A stretch of 64,000 nt of DNA from Tubulanus polymorphus (lineage: Eukaryota > Animalia > Nemertea), in the NCBI RefSeq assembly GCF_964204645.1, contig NC_134027.1, forward strand, positions 9,084,485 through 9,148,484, written 5' to 3'. Under the pieces are notes generated by a model. That model did not search any database. It was given only the letters and a program-made list of their open reading frames with translations, and had not been told where the DNA came from. The position numbers and the translations under genes were made by a program. Positions 11,906-24,200 of this stretch are shown in pieces (within the stretch, counting starts at the first letter, position 1; every line of letters starts with the position of its first letter).

Positions 11906-14900
11906 ATGGTACGTAAACGGCGGCTGTCAGGGACTTGACACAGAAGGATTTTAACTCCAGTCTCCAGTAGTCTAGTACCTAGCCGTTGTTCCTGAAACAA
12001 CGGAACCGTAACAACGACTGGTATTCAGACTAGTCTCCAGCTAGTCTGAATACCAGTCGTTGTTACGGTTCCGTTGTTTCAGGAACAACGGCTAGGTACT
12101 AGACTAGTCTCCAGCATGTCCAGTATCCTATGTACTATAATCCTATATTATGGTAAAAGTGCAGATCAGCACCTCTCGTGATTGACGCAATCTGCTGAAT
12201 GACACTGACAGAATCCTGTCTAAAATCTGTCTACTCTCTCTAAGTGAAGATATCTTAAAATTAACCAATGGCAATGTAGGCTACTGAATTGCTGATGACA
12301 TTTTGAATCTGAAACAATGATATTGAACATAATTGATTGAACCGTTTACGCGGAGAGGTGCGGATATGCGCTTTTACCCTATATTATATATAGTACCTAA
12401 GATATATCCTAGGTACTATATATAATTTAGTTCCTAGGATACTGAGGTCAAAATCCTTTCGTGTCAAGTCCCTGTGGGCGGCTGTCGGTGAGTGAGTGTA
12501 CACTACATGTCTGTCTGCAGTACTCCTTCCTAGTCTACTGTCTAGTACTACTAGTAGCCTAGTACTAAACTAGCCGTTGTTCCTCAAACATAGGGAACCG
12601 TAACAACGACTGGTATTCAGACTACAGTACTCCCTCCTCTGTCTACTAATTTAGGTGTCTGCAATAATGCAAATTATGTTTTTTAATTTCAGCAGTAAGT
12701 GTTTCTTGTTTGGTTTTCGCGATTTCATGATTTGGGTTCATAGCCTTTGACAATCTTTTTCATCTGTTTGTTCCGATTGATTTTTTACAGTCGTTAGTGC
12801 AGTTGCCGCCAGGATATCACCATTTGCGTGATCTGAAATCGGGACAAACTTGCAACATTTACGGCGTGGTGAAATATTTCAGCAGGCCGGCACAAAACAA
12901 ACGAAACCGTACGTATTATTTACACGCAATCATTCATAGTACAGGGGTCTTACAGGAGAGAACGTTATGTACGAAATGAAAAAGGTCTGAATCGGATTGA
13001 TACCAGTACAAGTACTAATACTCTTGACACTTGAGAAATGCAATTTCTTTATTATCAGAATTATGATTAGATGGGATTAACCAGGAATTTCTGTACCATA
13101 TCAGCCAGTATTTGGTTAATGCGAGGACGATGTTGTAATAATATGTGTTGTTGTAACCTGTGGATAAGATACGAAGATTTGTTGTCTTTTTTCAGATGGA
13201 TACAGCATGTGTATTGCGGTTACTGATCAATCGTTGAATCAATCCTGGGAAAAACTTGTATGCATTTTTTTCGGAAAGAATTCGGCTGACTTTCCGTCGA
13301 TTGATGTGGGTGATGTTATACGTTTTAATCGTCTGGAGGTATGTACCGTTCGTTTTCTCCCCTACAATTCGACAAATGCATACGTTTTGGGTAGGCCTGG
13401 ACTCCGCTTGCCTCGTATCTAGCTAAAGCTCTGGGGTGATCGAAGTCTGTCGTATGGCAAATCCCTTTTAATGCCTTATCCAACGTTGATTGTACAATTA
13501 CACCGAACTATCATCCTTTTGTAAATATTATCATGCAATTTTTCGGAAAATTTCGGAAAATGAAAATATTTTCCAGGTTCGTGTGGTTTCACAGTTTCTT
13601 TGGGTTTTTGTAGATATGTATGTTTAATGGAGGACCACAAGGTAAAGCAGCACCAGGCTTCACATCAGTGGTTTTCCCTCGAGATAAGAGCGATCCTCGG
13701 CCTTCGAAACCGGGTTGCGGTATTACCACAAAAGATCATGAAATCGTAAGTTTTAATACAACCACAGTACGGCTAAAAAGATTGATACTTTGTTTCTTAT
13801 TTCCCTGATTCTAAACTCTGTATCAGGTCACCAACTCAAGTGAAATAGTTACCGTTTTGATGCCACCAGGTGTGCTTTACTTCTCAAATCTTGAATCCTT
13901 TCACTCCATTATGTTTTAGGTTAAGGGTCTATTGGAGTGGTCGTTTGACTTGCAGAAAATTGACGCAGCTGTTTGTCCAACAGTTATGATCAGTGAATGC
14001 AAGATAGAAAAGTATTACAACATCATATGTCAGGTAAAAAGCGAATCTGCTGGAAAAATACAATCGAGAGTTTTTGTTTCCCTCAGGTTCGGTGACGAAC
14101 AAGGTGATCACTGGTTTTCTTTTCCATTGCAGGTGATAGGCATCAAAGTAATTGATTCTGCAAATTGTGTGCAATTAATGGTCACGGATGGAACTACGAA
14201 CAAGTACGTAAGGGAAAACTTTGGTGTCATAGTATGACTATATCTCTATGTTGCAGTTGATAGCTTACCTGGTCCGAATAAAACATGTAGTACTTTTCAT
14301 AAAGATTTCTATTTCAAGCTATTGCTCTCACATTTCGTCCATCCTTTGTCCATTCGTTTGATGGAATCAAGTCATTTTGGGAAGTTTTGACAACGCTTCA
14401 ATCAGTATTGTCTTGCTATTTTGTTGATTCATGTACAAACCCAAGACTACAGTGCCCATGTGTAACTATGTCTGACTGACCCGCTCAGAATCAAGAGCGC
14501 TTACTGTAAAAAATTGTAGCAGCAGAAAAATCTAAATATACCTGTCCTTAAAGATGGAGAATATCTCGTTTCAGGGATATGATCCAAAGATGTAGTGGTT
14601 TGGCTACTGATGTACTTGTGTTTGATGATCATGTTCCTGCTGCTAAAACCATCAAGGTAATAAGTACAGTCATTTGGACTCCTTTGGCCAAGGTTACAAA
14701 AATACCCTTGCACTTGGGACTGAGGTCGTGGATAACTTGACATAATCAGCCACTTACCGTCAAGTCAGGGAATTTTGTAACAAAGTCAGGGAAATTTGTC
14801 GATATCGCTAGATCGCGCATAAAAACTAACCGTTGCAATGCTGTCTATGTCTTATGTAGACTGTTAATTCATTGGATTCTTAGCAGATCCAGTCAGGGAA

Positions 14901-17699
14901 GACAACTCACATGTCAGGAAAAAATCAGGGGAAAAGCCTGTCAAATAAAAGACTCCACCCTGATAATCTTGATTGGGAATGAACTAAATATTTGCCATCA
15001 GGAATTTAACATTTTGGTAGCAAAGACCGAGTGGCAGATAAGGACTATATATTTCATTTTCTCCAGGTCAAGGACTACATCAAACTATTCAACGTCCATG
15101 CTGCTCCGTACCATCTGGAGAAAGATATTTGTAGACGGGTCTCGGATACTGCTATTAAACCGACGATCGATTTGTGCCTTCACCGCGGGACAAAGTTCGG
15201 CCGCGGACTCAAAGTGATCAACGTGGATTTGACCGATGATAAAATTGCAGCCATTCACGATCGAATAGCTTTTTGCCCTCAACTGGAAAACGTCGATGCG
15301 AACGAAAGTCAAAATGCGTCGGGTTTAGACATCCAAGTGAATCAGAATGATCACCCGTCATCTCATCTATATAGTTCTACGCCAAAAAAGACGAGGACTG
15401 TATCTCCTATTCTGGAACTTAGTCAGTCACCTTTACAGTTGAGAACTGGCTCGGTAGGAAATGTGCAACAGGTCAATAATGATGGTGTTTATTTTACTCT
15501 GCCTAACGTAGGTGAGTGTATTGACATGTTCTCTCGACTTCAGTTGTATGGGTATTTTGATTGCCTTAGTATCAGGCGCGGATCCTGGGCCATTCGGTGA
15601 CTACAGCACAGTGAAAAAGGGCACTAACTTTGAAAAGGGCCAATATTAATGCCCAGCGAGTTAGTTTGAGTGCCATTTATTGGTATCATGCCACTAAATT
15701 TGCCTTCACATTCAATTTGCTTGTGCCTTTTTTAGATTTTTGGCAAAATTTGCCCTTTTTCGATTAGATTTATAGAGCAACAATAATGTCTCTTTTAGAA
15801 GAATGCCCTTTTGAGTAAAGGAAAATGCCTCAGATTGCCTTTTTTGATTTTGGGCAATTTATTTTCATTCACGTTTTGCTTTAGTCCTAGTACAGAAAGG
15901 CAATTATTTTTATTTACTTTTTTCCCGAAACAAACATTTTTCAAGGACATTTGAAAACTGCGACTACCGCACGTGCTGCATGTGCGATAGTCTGGATCCG
16001 CGCCTGAGTATGAACCTAGTCTTTTAATGACATTCCTATGACATTTGATTGGAAGATTGGCTGTGCGTGTTTTTCAGACAATTTTCATTCCAAGGATAAA
16101 CCGATATCAATCTCTGAATTGAAGCTAAACAATCGTATCGAATCAGAAATGAAAGTGACTTGTCGTATTCAGAATTGTCGACCTCAGCGTTTAAGGGATT
16201 GCCTTATTTTACACTGTGATGCATGTTTATTTGTGTAAGTAGTACAAATCATTAATAGGTCCGCATGGAGCGTGACAATGAATATATTCATTTTCGATTA
16301 CCAGGTATTAGAAGGTTCTTATTGTAACACGTTTCATTCATAGGTCACATTTGTTTCCCAAGTTGTCATCTTGGCATGCGCCGAATGTATCCCACATGGA
16401 ATTGCCAGAGTTACTGGATTTAATTGGAGATACTGATGTCGAAATGTTGAAATCATTTCTGGAATCATTGGAATCGAACGAAGATCCTGATTTTCACAAG
16501 GTTGGTTGAGTAAAGCGTTTCATGATACAAAAATGTTTGTGTGAAAGGAACCATATTCTGTATGAGCTACAGGTACACTTATTCAGCACTGGAGAAGTCG
16601 GCGTTTTGACAAGTCTTTCAACTTCTATTCTTAATTTGGTAACCAGCTTAGTGAGATATTTATGGTTCCACTACTGAGTTAGTAAGAGTGGACTATTGAT
16701 CTTGAATTTGACGCTTCCAGAATATCAGGGATTAACCCTTACAGATCTACCATCTAGTTTGATTTACTTGTTATGGTTATGTTACATTTATTGTATTCTA
16801 TAGGCTATGCAATGGGATGATGATGATCATGATGTGGTGAATGGTTACAGCGAAATTGAAGCTCACAATATATCCCATCCTCCCTCAACTTGCCAGATAC
16901 CAAACTTCAATAGAATTTTGTATGTTGAATATCGGGCATATTATTCATGATCTTACCTAGTAATGTATACCGGTAGATAGAACTATTATTAAGATTTATC
17001 TACTTTTTATACAGTCCGTGTGTATGGCATAAGATGAAGCCAGCAGATGTTATTTGTGGAGTAAGCATTTATTTTTGTCCTAGGTGTGCTTCACCCGCAA
17101 AAACAGGTTAGCTTTTTAGTTTTAGGTTAAATCGAATGCTTGAATGTACAGTAGACTCCGCTAAAAGGGCACCTGTCTATCGGGTAATTCGTACAATTAC
17201 AAAACATTCGCTATGGAAAAGTATTTTGGCATTTGTACTACGTTTTGTCAACTTCTTTTTATTTCTATGTTATAGTTTTAAAATATAGCGCACTCATTCA
17301 AATACAGTTAACAGATCAGAAGGATACTCTTGATTGTTGGCTATGGAGTCACAATATGGTAAGAGTTTGTCATAACAAGGTTCTAGTCTGCACAGAAACA
17401 GACAGTCATATAGTGGAACCTCATTAACACAAACTACAGGAGACTAATGACACGATTTTTAATCGTCTAATATATTTTTGTCAACGCTTATATATTAACA
17501 GGAGTTTTTCGGCGACACGTCGTTGTTGACAATATTTGATAACCCCGAACTAGTCGAACACATCGAAGAATCGTTGCATCGCATGGCAGGAAAGAGTATA
17601 ACGTGCATGATTCAGCCACATCGTCAGTATGCAGGCTCGACCATTTATGAAATAACGGACTTAAACTTTAAGATCAATACTCAGTCGGTGCTGGAGTAA
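11906..17699 (+). CDS. POT1: Protection of telomeres 1, ~14 exons; exon 1 contributes only the ATG
   Basis: ATG|GTACGT at 11906 splices to SLVQLPPGY...CNIYGVVKYF (12791). Also GDVIRFNRLE (OB1), YYNIICQV..VTDGT, TDVLVFDDHV (14575-14656), IDLCLHRGTKFGRGLKV (OB2) and Zn pairs LHCDAC and FCPRC. Stop at 17697-17699. Confidence 0.88.
11968..12106. mobile_element. Two 65-bp TAGTCT...AGACTA MITE copies in opposite orientation forming a hairpin
   Basis: 11968-12032 is the reverse complement of 12042-12106. GTCTCCAG occurs before, between and after the two copies. Confidence 0.85.
12152..12378. mobile_element. Mutator-like MITE with 9-bp TSD
   Basis: GGTAAAAGTGCAGATCAGCACCTC and GAGGTGCGGATATGCGCTTTTACC TIRs. 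CTATATTAT at 12143-12151 and 12379-12387. A second copy lies at ~19788-19997. Confidence 0.8.
12531..12624 (+). mobile_element. Third, diverged copy of the TAGTCT...AGACTA MITE
   Basis: Shares CTAGCCGTTGTTCCT and GGAACCGTAACAACGACTGGTATTCAGACTA. Flanked by CAGTACTCC(T/C)TCC direct repeats. Confidence 0.75.
14320..14440 (+). repeat. Dispersed repeat fragment with a second copy at ~51530-51650
   Basis: Both copies contain TTGATGGAATCAAGT(C/T)ATTTT(G/T)GGAAGTTTTGA...GCTTCAAT...ATTGTCTTG. Confidence 0.6.
15573..16006. mobile_element. Intronic MITE with 5-bp TSD (superfamily unassigned)
   Basis: CAGGCGCGGATCC and GGATCCGCGCCTG termini, with AGTAT on both flanks. Confidence 0.75.
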
Positions 17700-18377
17700 T
17701 GAAATGAATGGAACTGGATGAACAATGACAGTATTAATACGTGCATTTATAATATTGTAAATAAAATTATATTCATTTATTCATAATCTAGTATTTCTAC
17801 GTGGTTTGAATTACATTCATGCCAATCTATGCATTATGGTCTAAAATCAACTGTGGCTAGTGCAGTCAGTAGCTTGCGACTTGATATGTCGCATCTCATG
17901 AATGGTCTTTTAATGAATTTCACAATGACGCTTTTGAGCCTATAGACTATGTCATACAGCTAACTACGCTTACTATGTTTTAAAGTTCCAGTTAAATAAA
18001 GCGTTGGGATTAGAAAATGGTCTACTTCATTGTCCTAATTTCACTCAAAAAAGTTTGCTTGAGACTTTTCTACTGAGAAATTCCAACATTTTGTTATGTA
18101 ACAGATGTCGAGATACCCGGGGCCCTCCCCTTGTAACAATAAATAAACTTTTTGACAGCCCCTGCCCATACGTGTTACGTAATTGTTGAACAGCCCCTAG
18201 CATTTAAAACTTTAAATCAATAAGTAATCCTGCCCCTGAGAGATGGATCATCTTCACAGAAATGTTTATCGATTTTATTTCTTGGTCACTTCGGTTAATC
18301 ATTTTCATGTTCATTGAAACCACACCCAGGGTATTTAGTGCAAATGACTGCTTCTCGAAATCGTCACTTAACTGTGG

Positions 18378-19489
18378 TTAAGACGAGATGGCGGGTCTCG
18401 AACGAGCCACGTATTGTTGCGAAACTTGCAGCGTTACGATTAGAGCGAGCAACAATGGACTGAATACACACATATACCACGACGTTCCCGTCACATTTTT
18501 AACGAACCAGTTCGAGAACATACCCGTCACCAGCGTCACGGATGCGAGAAAGAACATCAGCGTACCGGACGTGGCGTGGTAAAGTTTCATATCGCCTAAT
18601 TTCAGGTTGATGAATTTCTGCACAAGTGAATGGTACAAAAGTCCCGTTCCAGCCATACACTGAAAGCATATGTAGCTGACAGTCATTAAACCTAATATGC
18701 CGTGCCAGGTCACGAAGTGCAGTTTGTCATTCAGAATTTTGTTGTAGAATATCACACTGAATCCGGCGACAGCTGAACACGCAGCAATAAGCATTAATAT
18801 CCAATGAACGCGTACTTTCAACGATCTCGCAGCCTTCTTCAACAGCGAACTGTCCTGTGAAAATGTAAGGATACCTTCAAATGCTAGAATGGTAAACTGA
18901 AAAGAGAAACCAATTTTAGATCAATTTGTCATTCAATTAAAACCGTGTAGATGAGTAAGTGTGGAGGTAGATGTATGATAGATGGTTAGCATATATACTT
19001 ACTGCGATGACCATTAAAGTTGGATGCCAAGAGAAAAGACCTAGTAAAAAGAAAAAAAGTTCTTTTTCAAATTGCGCTGACAAGATCTGTAATAGTAAAA
19101 CGCAGTTACGGTCAATTACATTTTGTTTGGCGGTATAGAATTTTTAAGTAGGGCCAGGTTACAGAGACTGTTTGGGTTGACCACAACCTTACCCCTTAAC
19201 TAGCGCTTTTAACTCTAACCTTATACCGTAATCCCTAATTTCAGCGGTTCAAAAAGCCGCCATTTTGTATTTCAAGTACTACTTCCGTTTCGTAGAAACC
19301 CAGAATCCATATAAACCAGCAGAGCAGAAATGTTCCAGTGAAAATGAATCACTTACTGGACCCAGGCGTTGCGGTATATATTAGAAATCCAGCGAACAAT
19401 ACGGCTATGAAGTGAGCAGCCATAGCTTGAATTCTTTCGATGATAAATTCTATGTAAAAATGACGATTTGTGTTGTCGTCAGCTGTCAT
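18378..19489 (-). CDS. CYB561D2: Cytochrome b561 domain-containing protein 2; exons 19357-19489, 19003-19040, 18378-18896
   Basis: PGSSLFSWHPTLMVIAF, KVRVHWILM, NKILNDKLHFVTWHGILG and KLYHATSG supply the four heme-ligating His. Splice phases are consistent. Confidence 0.92.
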
Positions 19490-19787
19490 GTGTCATGTCA
19501 CTAGGTTCTCCACGCTATCACCACCGATTATTTCTTAACCGCATGTGGATCTCTCGAATGCATATATATATATATGAGCCATCCACGTTCCCGTCTCGAC
19601 CCGTTACTGTCTCGACCCGTTCCCGTCTCGACCCTACCGTACAATAGCGCCACCACAGTCGATTATTTGAACTAAAACACTACGGCGCGTATCGGATTCG
19701 TTTTTCGCATGTGAACCTACCAACAATTTTAAAAAATCAAATTAGATTTTTGAAAACTTTTCATTGAAAAGATCGAATGATGGAAAC

Positions 19788-19997
19788 GGTATAAGCTTAA
19801 GTGCAGATCCGCACCTCCCCGCGTAAACGGTTCAATCAATTACATTTAATATCAACACGTATTGCAGATTCAAAATTCAGCAATTCAGTGGTTTGCCATT
19901 GGTTAATTTTTAGATATCTTCACTAGAAAGATTTTAGCCTGGATTCTGTCATTCAGCAGATTGCGTCAATCACAAGAGGTGTGGATCTGCACTTACC
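19788..19997. mobile_element. Mutator-like MITE (same family as 12152) inserted in the left arm of the foldback
   Basis: Reverse-complement similarity to 12152-12378. Absent at the mirror position (~24570) of the right arm. Confidence 0.75.
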
Positions 19998-20375
19998 AAG
20001 AAAACGCCTCCAATGTCAACAGAAGTAAAAATTCAAGATGCGAAGTAAGCAATTTCCCGTCGAGATTTCCTCCCAGAAATAATATATATTTACTGGTAAA
20101 GCTAAACTAATTTCAAATATAATCTTGAATGAATTACACGAGTGTAATTATTTTGGTTTCTAAAAAATAAAATCAACTTTCTTTAAATCTCTCAAACCGT
20201 TTTTTTCAAAAAACGACCCGGCCCGGGGCATTTTGTTTGGGGCATGTTTATTGCCATTAATCAATTCGAATTCATCAAATTTATGAAGAAAATTAATGTC
20301 TGAATTTTGCAAAAAAAATAAAGATGATTGTTAAATTCATGAAGCGTTATCTTTCTCTACAGATCCCGTGGGTCT

Positions 20376-21851
20376 TTCTCCATGGACCCTATGTTCCTGT
20401 CTCGACCCTTCAAACCTGTCTCTAGTCTCTACACAGTCCCGTGGACACTATGTTCCTGTCTCGACCCTTCAAACCTGTCTCTACTCTCTACACAGTCCCG
20501 TGGACACTATGTTCCCGTCTCGACCCTTCAAATCTGTCTCTACTCTCTACACAGTCCTGTGGACACCATGTTCCCGTCTCGACCCTTCAAAACTGTCTCT
20601 AGTCTCTACACAATCCCGTAGACACCATGTTCCCGTTTCGACCCTTCACACCTGTCTCTACTCTCTACACAGTCCCCTGGACACCATGTTCCCGTCTCGA
20701 CCCTTCTAACCTGTCTCTAGTCTCTACACAGTCCCGTAGACACCATGTTCCCGTCTCGACCCTTCTAACCTGTCTCTACTCTCTACACAGTCCCGTGGAC
20801 ACTATGTTCCCGTCTCGACCCTTCAAATCTGTCTCTACTCTCTACACAGTCCTGTGGACACCATGTTCCCGTCTCGACCCTTCTAACCTGTCTCTAGTCT
20901 CTACACAGTCCCGTGGAGCCTATGTTCCCGTCTCGACCCTTCACACCTGTCTCTACTCTCTACACAGTCCCCTGGACACCATGTTCCTATTGGGGTGATA
21001 AATTAGTAGTTTGCATAGAGGGAGGGAAGCCAGAGTTCAGGGCAGTGGCTGAAGTTAGTAAACAACCTACGTAGATGCTTACGTCGCACACAAGACACTG
21101 AATAGAAGATAGGTGAAAGTGACGTGAGTATCTGCGTAGGGTTGCTGGTTATAGCGGCAGCCTTGAGCTCTGGTATGGCTAGGAAGTAAACAAGTAATAA
21201 ACTCGTGACGTATAACATATGTAGAAGTATACGTCACGAGTAACATGATATAAGATAAAAAGGGAGGGTCAGCACAGTAAGGGGGAGAGAGATGCTAGAG
21301 TGGCGGAGAAGCCTAAAAATACGAGCTGTAGGAAGGAATAAGAATTGTGCGGGAAAATAAAGAAAGAACGTAGACCCACGAGAAGAGTTGTTATTATTCC
21401 GGAGTCAGAGGGATATCACTTATCGGATTAATCGGAACCAACAACGACAACACGAGGGGAGAACGCAACGTGGCCCCCACAACAATTGGTTGAGAAACTC
21501 AACTCCACAACATTGTTGGAGAACCGAAAGCAACCCCACAACATTCCCGTCTCGACCCTTCTAACCTGTCTCTAGTCTCTACACAGTCCCGTAGACACCA
21601 TGTTCCCGTCTCGACCCTTCTAACCTGTCTCTACTCTGTACACAGTCCCGTGGACACCATGTTCCCGTCTCGACCCTTCAAATCTGTCTCTACTCTCTAC
21701 ACAGTCCCGTGGACCCTATGTTCCCGTCTCGACCCTTCACACCTGTCTCTACTCTCTACACAGTCCCGTGGACCCTATGTTCCCGTCTCGACCCTTCACA
21801 CCTGTCTCTACTCTCTACACAGTCGTGTGGACACCATGTTCCCGTCTCGAC
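20376..21851 (+). repeat. 59-bp tandem array, about 15-16 units, split by a 556-bp insertion
   Basis: Unit GTCCCGTGGACACCATGTTCCCGTCTCGACCCTTCAAACCTGTCTCTACTCTCTACACA recurs at 20436, 20495, 20554 and onward. Confidence 0.95.
20988..21543 (+). mobile_element. Solo LTR-like insertion with 4-bp TSD (Gypsy-type by inference)
   Basis: Interrupts a repeat unit. TTCC is duplicated at 20984-20987 and 21544-21547. Termini TATTGGGG and CCCCACAACA are a degenerate TG..CA inverted pair. Internal AATAAA. Confidence 0.75.
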
Positions 21852-23580
21852 ATTTTTAGTGGACACAGGTTTAGTGAAGCCATTAAGATGGTGTTTCGTA
21901 TCTTGTATCAAGATATTTCGATATAAGTAATGATTTGTCATTCACGATTTGTCGGGCTACAACAGGCAGAAACAAGAAAATTAATTTTAGAAAATTATTT
22001 GACGCCTGAGAAAAAAGTGTAGAATTTCTGGGCTAAGCTAATGTGGAATTGCAAATTTGAAATCGAAGTTTTAAGAAATTTGGGGAATGATGAGATTTGG
22101 CGATTGGGTAGATGATACAGGTCTTCGACTCTAGTAGTGGTTTAAATTTTTTTATTGAAAATTCTCAATAATTGATCGCGAACTTGCGACCGACTTCATT
22201 TACTTATGCCTCTAAGCTGGTCTGCAACTTCATTGCCTCCATGGATGAAGAAAGAGCTCTTCTGATGTCTGCTTCATCATGACTTCGAGCATATCGTGTG
22301 GCCTAGCCAGCCGGCCCGGTCCCCGGGCCCGGGCCACGGGTTTGGCTGTCACTCGATATCCTAGAGTCTTGAGTCTGGGTGGGTTGAAGTAGACATTGTC
22401 ATTTAAAATAACATGCTTATGTTGTTCTGTATGAATTACCCGTGTGTCATGTATGTTGTATTAATTTATTTTAAAATTTGTATTTATTGAATTTGGGAAT
22501 TTTATCCCGGAATTTCAATGTAATAAGGATCAATAAAGAATTGAATTGAATTGTCACCTAATACACATGCCATCAGAGGACGCGGAGCCGTATATGACAG
22601 CTATGCTATTATAAATTGCTAATCTCACGAAACTTGCATACTCCTAATATCAAACATATTTTCACAAACGATTGAATATTGAAATTATATGTTTACACAT
22701 TTTCATATTGACCGCTTGTAGCCGCTGATGAAATTCACGCCGGCCCTACACACATCGTAGATAGCTTCGTCATTCCACCGGCATGCCCACGTCAGGGTCT
22801 GACTTTTATATCAGACTTCTGCATCGTGTATACATCCGCCATTTAACCGAATAATCCGATTTACTTATCATTTCTATTTATGCCTGCCGCTTCTGATATA
22901 ATCATACATCCTTTACTATTACAATACGTCTTCTAATGATATTTAATGCAATATAACATTTCGACGTTCAAATATAGGTCATTATATAATCACAGGAAGC
23001 CATTCTACATCTATGTCAATAATATTTTGCCAGACAGCTTGTTTGTGTACACATAAACCTGTGACGTTTTGCACATCGATTTACGGCTGTCGTTTGTAAA
23101 ATGACGCTGAATGGTTAGCATTGTTTAGGTTTCATAATGGTAACGTTTTATAAGGCGTCAAAAAAAAGAAAATTAAGATGAGAATGAAAGCCTTTCGTAT
23201 TGAAGACCATGGGATTCAGCCAAGGAACATTGATTATCGATTATCAAAAATCTAGAATTTCGACTATTAGGACAATGTCGGTTGTAATCTTCTGGTTCTT
23301 TGAGTTCGTTCTAATGAGTTTTCATTGTAATGTGTATGGTGCATATTCCTGAAAATTTCACTGAGTTTGATTGAAAATTGTAGAAATTTTCCTTATGTAT
23401 ACATGTATCAATATTCAGTCCGTCGGCATCGATTTTGTAGATTTCTCATCTTTTTAATCAATGAATATTCGACCAATTTTAATATTAATTTCCATCTTTT
23501 TTAAAGGCTCGTCCCACTGAGTGGAAATATTACAAGCCGATTAGATATGTCAGAGTATCCCAGAAACTGTCTAGAAACGG

Positions 23581-24200
23581 ATGTGAAGGGTCGAGACGGG
23601 AACATGGTGTCTACGAGACTGTGTAGAGACTAGAGACAGTTTTGAAGGGTCGAGACGGGAACATGGTGTCTACGGGACTGTGTAGAGACTAGAGACAGTT
23701 TTGAAGGGTCGAGACGGGAACATGGTGTCCACGGGACTGTGTAGAGAGTAGAGACAGGTGTGAAGGGTCGAGACGGGAACATGGTGTCTACGGGACTGTG
23801 TAGAGAGTAGAGACAGATTTGAAGGGTCGAGACGGGAACATGGTGTCCACGGGACTGTGTAGAGACTAGAGACAGTTTTGAAGGGTCGAGACGGGAACAT
23901 GGTGTCCACGGGACTGTGTAGAGAGTAGAGACAGGTTTAAAGGGTCGAGACGGGAACATGGTGTCCAGGGGACTGTGTAGAGACTAGAGACAGGTTAGAA
24001 GGGTCGAGACGGGAACATGGTGTCCACGGGACTGTGTAGAGAGTAGAGACAGGTGTGAAGGGTCGAGGCGGGAACATAGGGTCCACAGGACTGTGTAGAG
24101 AGTGGAGACAGATGTGAAGGGTCGAGACGGGAACATAGGGTCCACGGGACTGTGTAGAGAGTAGAGCCAGATTTGAAGGGTCGAGACGGGAACATGGTGT
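23581..24200 (-). repeat. 59-bp tandem array, about 10.5 units, mirror image of the left array
   Basis: GAAGGGTCGAGACGGGAACATGGTGTCCACGGGACTGTGTAGAGA is repeated with 59-bp period. Confidence 0.95.

Larger units (their letters stand above)
11928..12476. mobile_element. Non-autonomous TIR element related to the 2464 element, in POT1 intron 1; hosts nested MITEs
   Basis: CAGGGACTTGACACAGAAGGATTT and AAATCCTTTCGTGTCAAGTCCCTGTG termini. GGCGGCTG is duplicated at 11919-11926 and 12477-12484. Confidence 0.8.

Noticed and set aside
19185-19240. Degenerate CCCTAA-like tract near POT1 as an autoregulatory telomeric site
   Set aside because: Only one exact hexamer, it lies in a CYB561D2 intron, and such tracts are common in small repeats.
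20376-24200. 59-bp arrays as a CRISPR-like locus or as repetitive proteins (the many MFPSRPF ORFs)
   Set aside because: Units are contiguous with only a few variable bases and no unique spacers, there are no cas genes, and the context is eukaryotic. The ORFs cycle through frames because 59 is not a multiple of 3.
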